From Octopus bimaculoides (taxonomy: Eukaryota): a stretch of 60,511 nucleotides of DNA. A program made the position numbers and the translations under genes. The notes beneath the pieces were generated by a model, which made no database searches, was not told the origin of the DNA, and worked only from the letters and a program-made list of their open reading frames with translations. Within the stretch, counting starts at the first letter, position 1. Each line of letters opens with the position of its first letter. Below are positions 36,705 to 50,245 of the stretch, piece after piece. The stretch is from the NCBI RefSeq assembly GCF_001194135.2, contig NC_068983.1, positions 22,548,968 through 22,609,478 on the forward strand. The letters run 5' to 3'.

Positions 36705-36869
36705 ATTCACTTCAACATTTAAATTTAATTTGCCAAAATATTTTTGTTGTTTTGAGGCCACGACCTGTTCACTGACAGTGATGCAGCACGGAATTTTGTC
36801 AGTGAATAGGTCGCAGTCTCAAAGCGATGAAAATATTTTGGCAAATTAAATTTAAATGTTGAAGTGAAT
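36705..36869. repeat. 165-bp near-perfect palindrome (fold-back)
   Basis: Arm attcacttcaacatttaaatttaatttgccaaaatat...cctgttcactgaca, a 19-nt spacer, then the reverse-complement arm. Confidence 0.9.
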
Positions 36870-37294
36870 GGCCTTATATTTCATTGGCAAACATTCATTT
36901 AGTAATATACTACAGATGTTGGCCCATGAGACAAGATATGTGGCCATTCCTAAATAACATTCCCATTCCTAAATAACATACCCAACCAATAATCATATAA
37001 GACCCTATAAGACTCACAACTGGTCTCAGAGTCAAAACAGATGTTAAAACAAATTCCATCTGTCTTTGTCTGTGAAAAAATTGAGAGAATCTGCAATACA
37101 TATAATATCAGAACAGTGCAATTTTTGTAGATTTCTCACCAATGTTAAACCTATTTAGGAATGATTAGAACACAAAAACTACACATATTATATATCATGT
37201 ATCTGTGGAAGATCTTACAAAAAGGAAACTGGAAGAGCCTTAAAAGCTTTAATAATAAGAGGAGAAACATTGATGTCTGAAATAGCTGAACAAA

Positions 37295-37621
37295 CATGTT
37301 GTGGGCACTCCGTTGCTTACGACGACGAGGGTTCCAGTTGATCCGATCAACGGAACAGCCTGCTCGTGAAATTAATGTGCAAGTGGCTGAGCACTCCACA
37401 GACACGTGTACCCTTAACGTAGTTCTCGGGGATATTCAGCGTGACACAGTGTAACAAGGCTGGCCCTTTGAAATACAGGTACAACAGAAACAGGAAGTAA
37501 GAATGAGAGAAAGTTGTGGTGGAAGAGTACAGCAGGGCTCGCCACCATCCCCTGCCAGAGCCTCGTGGAGCTTTAGGTGTTTTCGCTCAATAAACACTCA
37601 CAACGCCCGGTCTGGGAATCG
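37295..37621 (-). mobile_element. SINE family D (head lies in the gap)
   Basis: Colinear with 20808-21140. Confidence 0.85.
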
Positions 37622-39589
37622 NNNNNNNNNNNNNNNNNNNNNNNNNNNNNNNNNNNNNNNNNNNNNNNNNNNNNNNNNNNNNNNNNNNNNNNNNNNNNNN
37701 NNNNNNNNNNNNNNNNNNNNNNNNNNNNNNNNNNNNNNNNNNNNNNNNNNNNNNNNNNNNNNNNNNNNNNNNNNNNNNNNNNNNNNNNNNNNNNNNNNNN
37801 NNNNNNNNNNNNNNNNNNNNNNNNNNNNNNNNNNNNNNNNNNNNNNNNNNNNNNNNCTTGGACTGACATACTGGCTGACCATCACCTACTTGCTATGGAG
37901 AGCCATGATGAAAACTAAGAGTAACAAAGAAGCTGGACAAGCATTTACTGAAAATCCATTAGTAAGTCTAGTTCTGATAGCAGCTTAATATGGTTGCCTT
38001 TAGTGAAAAATAAATTTAAATAACTTAGAAATGTATCGGATTGTCAGATAAATTTGTTTGCTTCTTTTTTTTTTCTACTTGGTACTCCATCATCATATGA
38101 CTGAAAAGAGGTAAAATTTATTCAAATTTCAAAAATGATAAACAAAAGTTGTAGAGGAAGAATAGAGATACAGTAAAACACTACAATAGAAATATTTTTT
38201 GTGTTAATTCAAACAATATTGGGAAAGATTAAAATAATTGGGGTGGGGTGGGGAGTGAACAAATTTATCTAACAAACCAATAATGTGAAAATGTATGTGT
38301 TAGTGGCATAGTGGATAAAAATGTTAGTGTTGAAATAAAGGTTCCTAGTTCAAATCCAACACTAGGCACATACTTTTGAACACAGTTATAATGCTGAATG
38401 GTTATCAAACCTATTGGAATGTAGGATGAAGCTAAATATTTTATTTCAAATTTTGGCACAAGGCCAGCAATTTTGGGGGAGGGGTAAGTTGATTAAATTG
38501 ACCTCAGTGTTTAACTGGTACTTATTTTAGCAACCTGAAGAGGATGAAAGGCAAAGTTGACCTTGGCAGAATTTGAACTCAGAACATAAAGAGATGGAAG
38601 AAATGCCAGTGTCCTAACAACTCTACCAGCTCAAAACCTTAGCATGGAGATAAATATTAAAGAATGTCTCATTTGTGCATATGTAGTTTATTAGTCTGAA
38701 AAATTATAATTGTACAAACAATAATTCATGTAAGATGTTTAGAAATCTGATTATTGTATTTACTTGTGCATGAAGGTATGTGACTTAGTGCAAAGTGGTT
38801 AGGATGTTGCTCTCATGATTGCAAGATCACGGTTTTGATTTCCAGACTGGACAGTGTGTTGTGTTCTTGAACATAGATACTCAATATTCCCCTTACCTTA
38901 TCAGTTAAGGGGGTTCTTATCTTGGCCTGTGAGTTGCTTGATGACTTCACTTGTACTGATGTCATGCAAAAAGCACCTTGTACACTCTGTAAGGTGGTTG
39001 GTATTGGGGGAAGATATCTAGTCATAGAAACCATGTAAGGGCACAGAACAAGCATTGGTGCTTGGTACACTCCCCTGGCTTGCCAATACTTGTCAAACCA
39101 TTCAACCCACTCCAGCATTGAAAACAAATGTTAAATGACGATGATTCTGATGATGATGGTGAAGTATCACCGTTGAGTAGAATTGGTCTTTTTGACTGAC
39201 TAACAATGAATGGAAATATTGCAGTTCTTAGAGCATTTTGTTCATTTCCTGACAATGCCTCAGTGAAGGCACATGGCCTAGTGATTAGGATGTTGCATTC
39301 ACAATCATGAGATTGTTGTTTCAATTCCCAGGCCAGACAGTGCATTGTGTTCTTTGAGCAAAACACTTCATTTCACATTGCTCCAGTCCACTCAGCCGTA
39401 AATGAGTAACCCTTTTGCAGGCTGACATTCCGTTTAGGGAGAATGTTGTGACAATGGTTACTTATACACCATGGAAGTTGTATAACCAACCCTATAAGTC
39501 CTGGGATTTGAAGCAATAATGTCTAGAGGTCGACATTTACATTAAAGTTTGTTGTCCTCTTTAACAATTACATATTTATTTGTGTATAA

Positions 39590-39970
39590 GAGGTGGTGAG
39601 CTGGCAGAATTGTTAGCAGAATCGGGCGAAATGCTTAGCGGTATTTCGTCTGCTGTTACATTCTGAGTTCAAATTCCGCCAAGGTTGACTTTACCTTTCA
39701 TCCTTTCAGGGTCGATAAATTAAGTACCAGTTACGCACTGGGGTCGATGTAATTGACTTAATCCCTTTGTCAGTCCTTGTTTGTCCCCTCTATGTTTAGC
39801 CCCTTGTGGGCAATAAAGAAATAAGAATTGTTAGCATACCAAGTGGTATTTTGCCGGTTCTTGCATTCTGTGTTCAAATTCTACTGAAGTTGATTTTGCC
39901 TTCCATCCTTTCAGGATTGATAAAATAAATACCAGTTGAGCACTGGGGTCAATGTAATCGACTTAACTCC
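39590..39970 (+). mobile_element. Two head-to-tail SINE family C copies
   Basis: ggtggtgagctggcagaat...gagttcaaattccgcc...cctttcatcctttc.gggtcgataaattaagtaccag, repeated. Confidence 0.8.
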
Positions 39971-39992
39971 TTCTGGGTAAAAGTATATATAT

Positions 39993-40194
39993 ATCATCAT
40001 CATCATCGTTTAACATCCGCTTTCCATGCTAACATGGGTTGGACGATTTGACTGAGGACTGGTGAACCAGATGCCTGCACCAGGTTCCAATCTGATCTGG
40101 CAGAGTTTCTACAGCTGGATGCCCTTCCTAACGCCAACCACTTCATGAGCGTTGTAGATGCTTTTACGTGCCACCGGCACGAGGGCCAGTCAGG
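39993..40194 (-). mobile_element. 3' half of SINE family A, fused to an 18S rRNA fragment
   Basis: Matches family A up to gagggccagtcagg, then departs abruptly from the consensus (cggtactggc). Confidence 0.85.
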
Positions 40195-40582
40195 TCTAAT
40201 ATTTGCGCCGCGACCAATGCGGAAGGCCAACCGTATGGTCATGACTGGGGAGGGCGAGCACGGGTGCACCACCCTGGACTGGCTGAGCGGGTGCCGGCGG
40301 CAAGCGGCGGCGACGCTGACAGTGCGAAGCCGCAGCAGTTGCCGAACATTGTTTTTCAGCCCGACGCCCGGGTACGACATGCGATCGCGGCTTTGGTTGT
40401 ATGTATTAGTTCTAGAATTGCCACAGTTATCCACTCTCCTCGCCATTAGGAATATGGTCCCAAGGATTAGGTCTGGTTCCTGAGCCATTTGCGGTTTCAC
40501 CATTTGTTTACTACATGATCTTACACTTGCATGGCTTAAGCTTTGAGACAAGCATATGACTACTGGCAGGATCAACCAGGTA
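40195..40582 (-). rRNA. 18S: 18S rRNA 5' fragment (about 388 nt), retro-pseudogene
   Basis: Minus strand starts TACCTGGTTGATCCTGCCAGTAGTCATATGCTTGTCTCAAAG; also GGTGAAACCGCAAATGGCTCA and TGGATAACTGTGGCAATTCTAGAACTAATACAT, then a GC-rich V2 expansion. Confidence 0.92.
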
Positions 40583-40616
<34 letters not shown>

Positions 40617-41451
40617 NNNNNNNNNNNNNNNNNNNNNNNNNNNNNNNNNNNNNNNNNNNNNNNNNNNNNNNNNNNNNNNNNNNNNNNNNNNNNNNNNNNN
40701 NNNNNNNNNNNNNNNGTACAGGTAATACCGAGTAAGTGCTGTATACCGACTAGTTATGCCCCAGCTGTAAGACTCTATCCATAAAATATATTTCTAACTT
40801 TACCATTGTTCTCTTTATCCTTTTATATATTTATACATATATATATATATATATATATATAAACTGCACCCCTCTGCCAAACCATGTTAAGTCTATATGG
40901 AAGAGTCGGCTCATCAAACCAGTATGATCTCAAGCTCAACTTCACAGCCTCCACATCGTGCCATGATTGATGAAGAGAAGGAGAGAACATGCTGAGGCCT
41001 TTGTCCTGCGGTGGACTGAACATAGGCAATCCAATTCAATCCAATCTAACTCACACTATTTCATACTTGATATTTTAACTGAAGAAACTTCAGTGACTTA
41101 TACATGGGTTAAAGCTGATATCAAGTTTGAATATGGAGGAGGAAAAAATTTTACATCAGTATTTAGCACTAAATTAGTCAAATGACATAAACATGAGTAA
41201 ATACAGTAAATATGTACTGTTATCTGTTAGATGAATTAAACACCTAAATCTATTTCTTCCCATTAAAAAGGAAAGGTTTGGTAGGGTAGTAGAGGACTGT
41301 ATTGCCATGGCTTAAACAAATCATTAACACTTTTCCTACAGTTGATATTGATTTCATTAGAGAGGAAATAATGAGAAAATTTTGAATGACTGCATTATAT
41401 CTCAATGACAATGCTACTTCAATTTTCTCAAATAATAGCCCTTCCACAAAC

Positions 41452-41517
41452 CTTTTGTCTCTTAATTGCTGCCAATTGCATGTTCCTGATGCTGAATCTT
41501 TGAACAACATGTTTGTT
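41452..41517 (-). CDS. Candidate phase-0 coding exon (NKHVVQRFSIRNMQLAAIKRQK), product unknown
   Basis: Acceptor attttccttgtAG, donor AAG|GTTTGT, 66 nt. Confidence 0.3.
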
Positions 41518-42075
41518 CTACAAGGAAAATATTATTTGAAATTAAAAAGTTAATTTAATGATATGTTTTGTTTAAACTTAACATGTTGTATTTAAAATCT
41601 TGAAATGTTGGTTTATATCACCAGAATGATGTGTTTATAATTATAGTTTTTATTTTACTAAGCCATCTTTAGTCTATCACCCCATTCAGAATCAATAGAA
41701 TAATTGCCCACAACAGGCTTGGAGTATGTGGTCAAAATAAAGACCATATTTGACATGTTTAGTTTGTGTGTTGCTATCAAGAATTGGATTTGTTAATCTG
41801 GTATCATAGGTCAAAATGATCTGAGCTAACTACAAAACCCATTAGCATGAACAATATTGATTTTTACATTGGGAAAAGGAAAAAAAAAATCTAAAGTGAA
41901 GAAAAATAGGGAGAATTCTGACATTTATGCCTCCTTGAGGATATTAACTATTTCTTGACAATATTTCTAATGGGTAGATGTTTCAATTAATGCCTAGATT
42001 CTTAATGTTTCAATTCATTTATTTTTTTAAAAATTTAACTTAAGTCTTTATAGGGGGTTTAGTAAAGTGGATACA

Positions 42076-42113
<38 letters not shown>

Positions 42114-42979
42114 AAAACCAACACACACACACATCATTATGATTCTGCTGTTCTTCACTCCACCTTTCTTCTGCACTATCAGCCATCTCTTACTTTCCCC
42201 CACCTCTTCCCAATACTTGCTCTTCATAATATAACACTCCTTCCTTATCCCTAACTATGTCTCGCTCTCCCATATACCCTTGCAACCCCTAATCACCCAC
42301 TCTTCTTATTCTACTATCTCCCACTCGTCTTTGTACATAACTTCCTCTTGATGGTACACCCTGACACCTCATCACCACTATTTTTATCTCTTTCCAGTTC
42401 TACCCAGGCCACTTTTACCCTATCTTCCATAATGTGTATGTCTATGTAGCTCTTCCATATCAAGAAACCAATTCTGTCTTGACCCTTTTTCATCTCCTAG
42501 CATAAAGCCACCACTCTCTCAAATGAAGTATCTTTCAGTGCAAGGAAAACTTCAGCTTGCAGGTTGCATGGTGATCTTACTAGTGCTGGTGCCACTAAGG
42601 AAGCATTTCATACACTCTTTGAAGTGGTTAGCATTTAGAAAACCATCCAACCATATAAACCTTGCCAAAAGCAGGTATTAGGGCATAATGCATTTCTCTG
42701 ACATGTGACATGCCAGATCTTGTCAGCCCATTTAACCCATACCAGTATGGAACATGGATGTTAAATGATGATCATGATCATGTTGATCATGATGATATAT
42801 ATGTGTATGTGCGTGTAGTAGTTGCCATATTTCATTCTACAGTGGCTACTTCTGAAGAGTGCAGGGTTACTTAATTTGACTGTTACCTAACACTCCATTG
42901 AACCCCTAGTGCAAAACAAAATGGTAAGATCAGCCGTAATGGATATATAATACTGTACACTTCAATTAATATATATATA

Positions 42980-44251
42980 TAGGGTCATCCCATAAATGAT
43001 GCGGTTTTTTCAACTGCATAAACTAAAAGTTAGAGGGGGATGGGATAAACTACCTGTATCAACTTGTTGTAAAAGCAGGAAGTAATTTTATCTTGTACTT
43101 ATTCTTAGTGCAAGTTTTGAAGAGTGCAGTTCGATTTTAACAGTTATTTTTTCAAAGCTATAATGGAAGTGACAAAGAAGCATATACAGCATATTTTGCT
43201 TTATGAGTTCAATAAAGGCAATAACACAATGGAAAGTGTGAGGAATATTAATGCAGTATATGGGAATCAGACAATAAGCATAAGCCAGTGTCAACAGCGG
43301 TTCCAGAAATTCCTAGCTGGAAACTACAGCTTAGAAGACAAGCCTTGTCCTGGAAGATCTGTAGAGCTCTATGAGGATGTCCTGCAAACCCTAGTGGAAT
43401 AAAATCCCATTGTAATTGTTGAGGAACTAGCAGAGAAGCTTGGACTTGGTCATCCAACCATTCATCGACACCTGCGTGCCATCAGAAAAGTCAGAAAATT
43501 GGGTCAATGGGTTCCTCACAAACTTTCTGAATCTAATTACACACAGAGAGTGAATGTGTGCACTTCTTTGCTGTCACGTCTCATGAATGAATCTTTTTTG
43601 GACCAAATGGTGACTGGTAGCATGAAATGTGTTCTCTATAAAAGTACTGAAGACAGTGGGTAGGGAAGAAGAAACACTGGCACCCTGGGCTAAAGAAGGT
43701 CTTCACCCATGTTGTTACCTGTTTGATGAGATATGAAAGGTTTAGTCCACTTTGAACTTTTAAACCCAAACCAAATGATAACAGAAGAGATCTGTTGTGA
43801 GCAGCTTGAGCAGCTTCAGTCAGTGTTAGAAGAAAGACAACCATCTTTGGTTTCAAGATGAAAGGTGTTCTTTCATCCGGATAATACTCAGCCACATACA
43901 TCAAGGATGACAATCCAAAGGCTGAAGCAGTTTCAATGGGAAACGATGCCCCACCCACCATATTCACTGGACATTGCCCCATCTGATTATCATTTATTCC
44001 GCAGTCTTCAAAATCATTTGAAATGAAAAAATATAAATTCTGTAGACGAGGTGAGAACAGTACTGGAGGAGTATTTTTCATCACAGACAAGTGAATTCTG
44101 GAAGAGGGGCCTTGCAAGTCTACCAGATAGATGGAAGAGTATTGTAGAAAATAAAGGAGAGTATATTTTAGATTAAAAAGAACTTTGTTTATTTTAATTT
44201 TGAAAAAATAAAAGAAGTATAAAAAGCCGTATTATTTATGGGATGACCCAA
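42980..44251 (+). mobile_element. Near full-length inactive mariner (about 1.27 kb); transposase pseudogene at 43163-44176
   Basis: TIRs t(a/t)gggtcatcccataaat.at.cgg.tttt at both ends; WVPHKL and PYSLDIAPSDYHLF motifs; several stops and frameshifts. Confidence 0.93.
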
Positions 44252-44623
44252 TGTGTGTGTGTTTGTGTGTGTGTGTGTATAAACATATATATATAAATAT
44301 ATGTGTACAATACCTTTTATGAACCAAACTAATTTAGCTATTTCTTGAAGAATGAAAAAATGAACAACCTTAATTGATTTTCAAATTTTATTGGAGTCTC
44401 ATCAGAGGAGTAAAAATACACACATTAAAACATATATATATATATGTGGTGCTGATGTCCTGTAAAAAGCACCCAGTACACTCTGTAGAGTTTTTGGCAT
44501 TGGAAGGACATCCAGCTGTAGAAACAATTCCAAAACAGACAATGGAAGCTGGTGCAGCTCCTGGTTTGCCAGCTCCACTCAAATTATCCAATCCATTCCA
44601 GCATGGAAAATGAGCATTAAAAG

Positions 44624-44624
<1 letters not shown>

Positions 44625-44702
<78 letters not shown>
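44625..44702. repeat. (TG)n microsatellite
   Basis: Directly visible. Confidence 0.95.
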
Positions 44703-44705
<3 letters not shown>

Positions 44706-45430
44706 GATTATATATATACATATATATAAAAGCAATAATTTTAAATATGGGTGTACACCTGTTTAAAGCACATCCAATTTCTTTGGCTACCTGATGTCAT
44801 CAACAGTATGGATTTTAGTATCACTGGATTTACTTCCAGAATTCCTTCATGTCTGTTGAATATACATCAAATAAGTGATGTGATGCAAATGAATGAGAAC
44901 AGTTATATAAAGACATGCCAATCATTAAATGTGAATGAAACCCGTGGAAGATATGAAATGATGTCATGAAGACCCACCTCAAGATCTTGAGCTTCATAGA
45001 GATAACAGAGGACTGAGATGATTGGCAATATGCTGTGCTTGAGATTTCCTCTCAGGCCCTTCTCTCACAACTTATCTTCAAACATCCATCTCACTATCAC
45101 TGTTCTAACTACTACATCAGTCACTCAGGTGCTGTAAATGATATCATTTTTCTCACTACACTTCACACTGTATCCCCATTAGTGTTACTTATCTCTTCCC
45201 CCTCCTCATCCTTCCCTCAATCCTCCCTTCCTCTTCTTCTCTTCTCTCCCTCTCCTTATCCCTTGATGATGATATATAAGTGCAGGCATGGGTGTGTGGT
45301 TAAGAAGTTAGCTTTCCAATCATGTTTTTGGGTTCAGTTTCACTACATGGCACCTTGGGTAAGTGTCTTCTATAGCTCCTGGCTGACGCAAACACTGTGA
45401 ATGGGTTTGGTAGATAGAAACTGGAAAAAG

Positions 45431-45471
<41 letters not shown>

Positions 45472-45482
45472 ANNNNNNNNNN

Positions 45483-45522
<40 letters not shown>

Positions 45523-45524
45523 AA

Positions 45525-45918
45525 ATAAAATAATATATAGATATATGCATACATATATGTACATACCTACATCTATATGTATACATACATGCATATATGG
45601 GTACAGGACATCACAAAAAACGTTAAACACAATGAGAAACAAAAACATAAAGACAAAAACAGTAAACAAACTTTTTTTTCAAACAACGAAAAAAAACAAA
45701 CAGAGAAACGAGACATGCAACATAAAGAGTATGTTGCATGTCTCGTTTCTCTGATTGATTTTTCATTGTTCGAAAAAAGTTCGTCTTTATGTTTTTGTTT
45801 CTCATTGTGTTTAACGTTTTTTTGATGTCCTGTACCCATATATGCATGTATGTATACATATAGATGTAGGTATGTACATATATGCATGCATATATGCATA
45901 TATCTATATATTATTTAT
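45525..45918. mobile_element. Family 1 repeat as a head-to-head inverted pair (palindrome of about 390 bp)
   Basis: gagacatgcaacata-aagag-tatgttgcatgtctc; both arms match 585-790. Confidence 0.85.
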
Positions 45919-46520
45919 GTTATTATATGATCGAATGCCATGCATCCTTTTCCAAGTAAGTTCTATACATATATATATCATCATCATCATCATCATCATC
46001 ATCGTTTAACGTCCGCTTTCCATGCTAGCATGGGTTGGACGATTTGACTGAGGATTGGTGAAACCGAATGTGAACACTAGGCTCCAATCTAATTTGGCAG
46101 AGTTTCTACAGCTGATATATATATATATATATATATATATGGAAGTGGGTTGTGTCTCCTATCTTGACATCATGCTATGTGTGTGTCATTGTCAGCCCCC
46201 ATATGTATCCCTATGTGTGTGTGTATGTGTGCATGGAGGATTGTGTCTCCTTGTCCCAAATTTGCACTATAGTTGTAAAGAAATGTCATGTCACTGTCAT
46301 ACAAGTGTATTCCTTCATTTCCAATCTTCTGTGAAAACATGTCTGGCTATGGAGAAATAATAGCTTGTTTCAAAATAGGTATGGGTTAACAAGAGGAAAG
46401 ACATCCAGCCAGAGAAAATGGGTTTTAATAAATTTTGTTTGACCCCATGCAAGCTTGGAAAAGTGGATGTTCAAATAGTTATGAGTTCTTAGGCTTGCCA
46501 GCATGGAAAATAGATATTAA

Positions 46521-46634
<114 letters not shown>

Positions 46635-46867
46635 ATGTATATATAATGAGATATGCTAGTGTTGGACATCTCATATATCATTTTTATTTTAATTCAAATT
46701 CAATATTTGAATTAGATTTTTAATTCAAAATTTAATTAGATTTTGATGAAGATTTTGTTTTAACTATGAATATGGGCAGTTTGGAATGGGTTATAGCAAA
46801 AGGGTTGACAGAAAGAAGTGAATCAACTGCAGATTTGAAATAAAACAAGGTTACAAGGCTTATTGTA

Positions 46868-47030
46868 CCAGGAGGAGTGACTGTGTGGTAAGTAGCTTGC
46901 TTAACAACCACATGGTTCCAGGTTCATTCCCACTGCATGGCACCTTGGGCAAGTGTCTTTTGCTATAGCCTCGGGCTGACCAAAGCCTTGTGAGTGGATT
47001 TAGTAGACAGAAACTGAAAGAAGCCTGTCG

Positions 47031-47103
<73 letters not shown>

Positions 47104-47315
47104 TTGTGTGTCTGTGTTTGTTCCCCAAACATCGCTTGATAACTGATGGTGGTGTGTTTACATCCCCGTAACATAGCAGTTCGGCAAAAGAGACCAATAG
47201 AATAAGTACTAGGCTTCCCAAAGAATAAGTCTTAGGGTCGATTTGCTTGACTAAAGGCGGTGCTGCAGCATGGCCACAGTCAAATGACTGAAACAAATAA
47301 AGGAGTAAAAGAGTA
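46868..47315 (+). mobile_element. Full-length SINE family B
   Basis: Family B head, internal (TA)(TG)n, family B tail. Confidence 0.88.
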
Positions 47316-47914
47316 ATTTTCGCTAATTAAATCAAAATTAACAGAGCCAAATGATAGCAAGTCAATGATGAAACAAAGTCATCCAGGTTGCTTGACCTGC
47401 TAGTCATAGCAACCTTTTTAATTTCTCTTGGGTCACACTCTATTTGCTTAAAACAAAAAAAAAAACAAAGGACTCAGTCAATGATAGATATTGATAAAAT
47501 TCGTGTTTGGGTATGGCTAAAGTACTTTTGATCATCATAGCATCACAGTATCAAGCAGACTATTGGGTGTTGTTATACATCACTAGTCACAATGCTCTTC
47601 ACATTGTTTTAGCTTTTGCCTGATGCCAACCCTCTGGCTAGGCCAGCAAGCCAATATTCTCCTTGATCAAAAGGCTATTCTGTTGCAAGGCTGTCCATTT
47701 ACAATTGAGTGCAGGAGAGCATTGTGAAGTTAAATATTTTGCTCAAGAACACAATGTGCTGCCTATTCCATGAATTGCCCCTATGATCTAACAATCATGA
47801 GTGCAACTCCTTAACCACTAGACTACATACCTTCACCTTTTGATCGTAGTTTTAAAAATTAAAATGAGTGACAAAAAATAGCATAAATAGGTCAATGGCC
47901 GAGATATAGATCAC

Positions 47915-48300
47915 TTGTATGGCTGAGTGGTTAAGAAATTTGCTTTATAACCATGTCATTTTGCACATGTTGGCTAAGCATCTTCTTATTTCATTATTGA
48001 CCACAAGGGGCTAAACATAGAGGGGACAAACAAAGACAGACATGGAGATTAAGTCGATTTCATTAACCCCCCAATACGTAACTGGTATTTATTTTATCGA
48101 CCCTGAAAGGATGAAAGGCAAAGTCGACTTGGCAGAATTGGAACTCAGAACGTAATGGCAGACGAAATACCAGTAAGCATTTCCCCGGTGTGCTAACGTT
48201 TCTGCCAGCCTGCTCACTAAGCATCTTCTACTATAACCCAAGGATAGCCAGTGCTTTGTGAACAGAAGTGATAGATAGAAACTGTATTGAAGCCCATCAT
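47915..48300 (+). mobile_element. SINE B head interrupted by a reverse-oriented SINE C copy (about 47990-48215)
   Basis: ctaagcatcttct occurs on both sides of the inserted C copy. Confidence 0.6.
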
Positions 48301-49842
48301 GGGTGTGTGTGTGGGGGGGGGCTATGTATGCATGTATGTGTGTGTTGTGAATGTTTACGTTCTGCAACTACTTCATATGAAATTGTTTAAGCAAAAGAAA
48401 TGATATTATATTGACAATTCCCTGTCAACACATTGTTTTATAGTTCCGCATTTTTAAAGATAAACAGAATAAATTATTTTGCCTTGAAAAACAACAGTAA
48501 GTGTTAACGACAAGAAGAGTAGTTGAGTATAAAATAATGCCTCAGTATTAAGTTTTCATCTGACTCATGATAGCACAAAAAAAAAAAGAAAAAAAAGAAA
48601 ACAGAACTAGAATGAACAAATGAAGCTAAGAATTTGATGTGTTGAATTCAGTGTGCAAAAAATAATTAATTGATATTTCCTTGACGGTTCGAGAAAGAAA
48701 ACAGAAACACTTAAATGACAATTGTTAGAAACCCTCTTAGAAAAGGGGGAGATAATTTCAAAAAAAAATTAATTAATTTCTTAAAGTTAATTGACATACA
48801 TAGAAGGAAGTCTCAAATTAATCTTGTTCCATATTAATAATAGAGATAAAAAGAAGCTCTTCTATCTTGTTGCTTAGCCTTCCAGATAATTTGATTAAGC
48901 AGACCTATGATAAAAGACAGTATTTCAACCACGATCAACCCGTCAGTTTTTTTTTTTATTTGTTTTATTTTGAGACTTGTCCTTCATTACTTTTAATATG
49001 GTACGATTTGAGAAATATTTGGCTCATATTTCTAGCATTGCTGAGTAACACATAATGGATCTTTCATCAGGTTCATGTTTCTGAAAGGTGATAATGTGTG
49101 CTAAGCATTCACTTCACATTTGAAAAGTCATTGTTAAGAAAGGACAACCAACTGGAGAGAGAGAGAGAGAGAGAGAGAGACCCCCCCCCCACTTATTCTA
49201 GTATTTCCTGAAAATGTCAGAAGTCACAGAACATCCATTCAAATTAGCTTAAAAAATGGATATTGAATAATAATAAAAAATGTCAAGTGGAATTAGATGA
49301 TTCATGATATCAAAAGACAGCATATTAGAATTCCTGTTGAAACTTAATTTTACTCAGAAAGTTGAAAACTTAATAATATGTTGCCAAACTTGACAAAATA
49401 TAATTTTCATTTCAAATTCACGAGATGGTTTATTTTCTGATTTCATATTAAAAAGTAAAGGCCTAGATTACATCTTCAGTCTGAGTGGACAACAAAAAGC
49501 TCAGTGGAGGGCATGTAGGGCTTAGCAAAGATTGGGCCCATGATTTCAAAGAAAAAACTAGAATCATTCAAACAGCTCTAACCTTTGGATTCACCGTCAG
49601 ATTTCGGCATGTTTGGTGTCATGTTGCTTACAAATGAAAATCTGCAATAGTAATTACAATGTTTTTTTGTTTTTTTTTGTTTGTTTTTTTAATCTCTGTA
49701 AGGCACTGAGTCTATGATATCAGCATAAATCTTTCAATGTCAGATTGCTTAAAATTTAATTCAAGAATGTTCTGTAACAAAATTAGAAATCAAATGTGGT
49801 ACCAAACAAAGTTTATATAGTATTAGTATTATATACATGAAT

Positions 49843-50245
49843 AGGTGCAGGAGTGGCTGTGTGGTAAGTAGCTTGCTTACCAACCACATGGTTCTGGGTT
49901 CAGTCCCACTGCGTGGCACCTTGGGCAAGTGTCTTCTACTATAGCCTCGGGCCGACCAAAGCCTTGTGAGTGGATTTGATAGACGGAAACTGGAAGAAGC
50001 CCATCGTATATATGTATATGTATATGTATGTGTGATTGTGTGTCTGTGTTTGTCCCTCCAACATCGCTTGACAACCGATGCTGGTGTGTTTACGTTCTTG
50101 TAACTTAGCAGTTTGGCAAAAGAGACCGATATAATAAGTACTAGGCTTACAAAGAATAAGTCCTGGGGTCGATTTGCTCGACTAAAGGCAGTGCTCCAGC
50201 ATGGCTGCAGTCAAATGACTGAAACAAGTAAAAGAGTAAAAGAAA
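49843..50245 (+). mobile_element. Full-length SINE family B
   Basis: ggtgcaggagtggctgtgtggtaag ... atgactgaaacaagtaaaagag. Confidence 0.9.
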
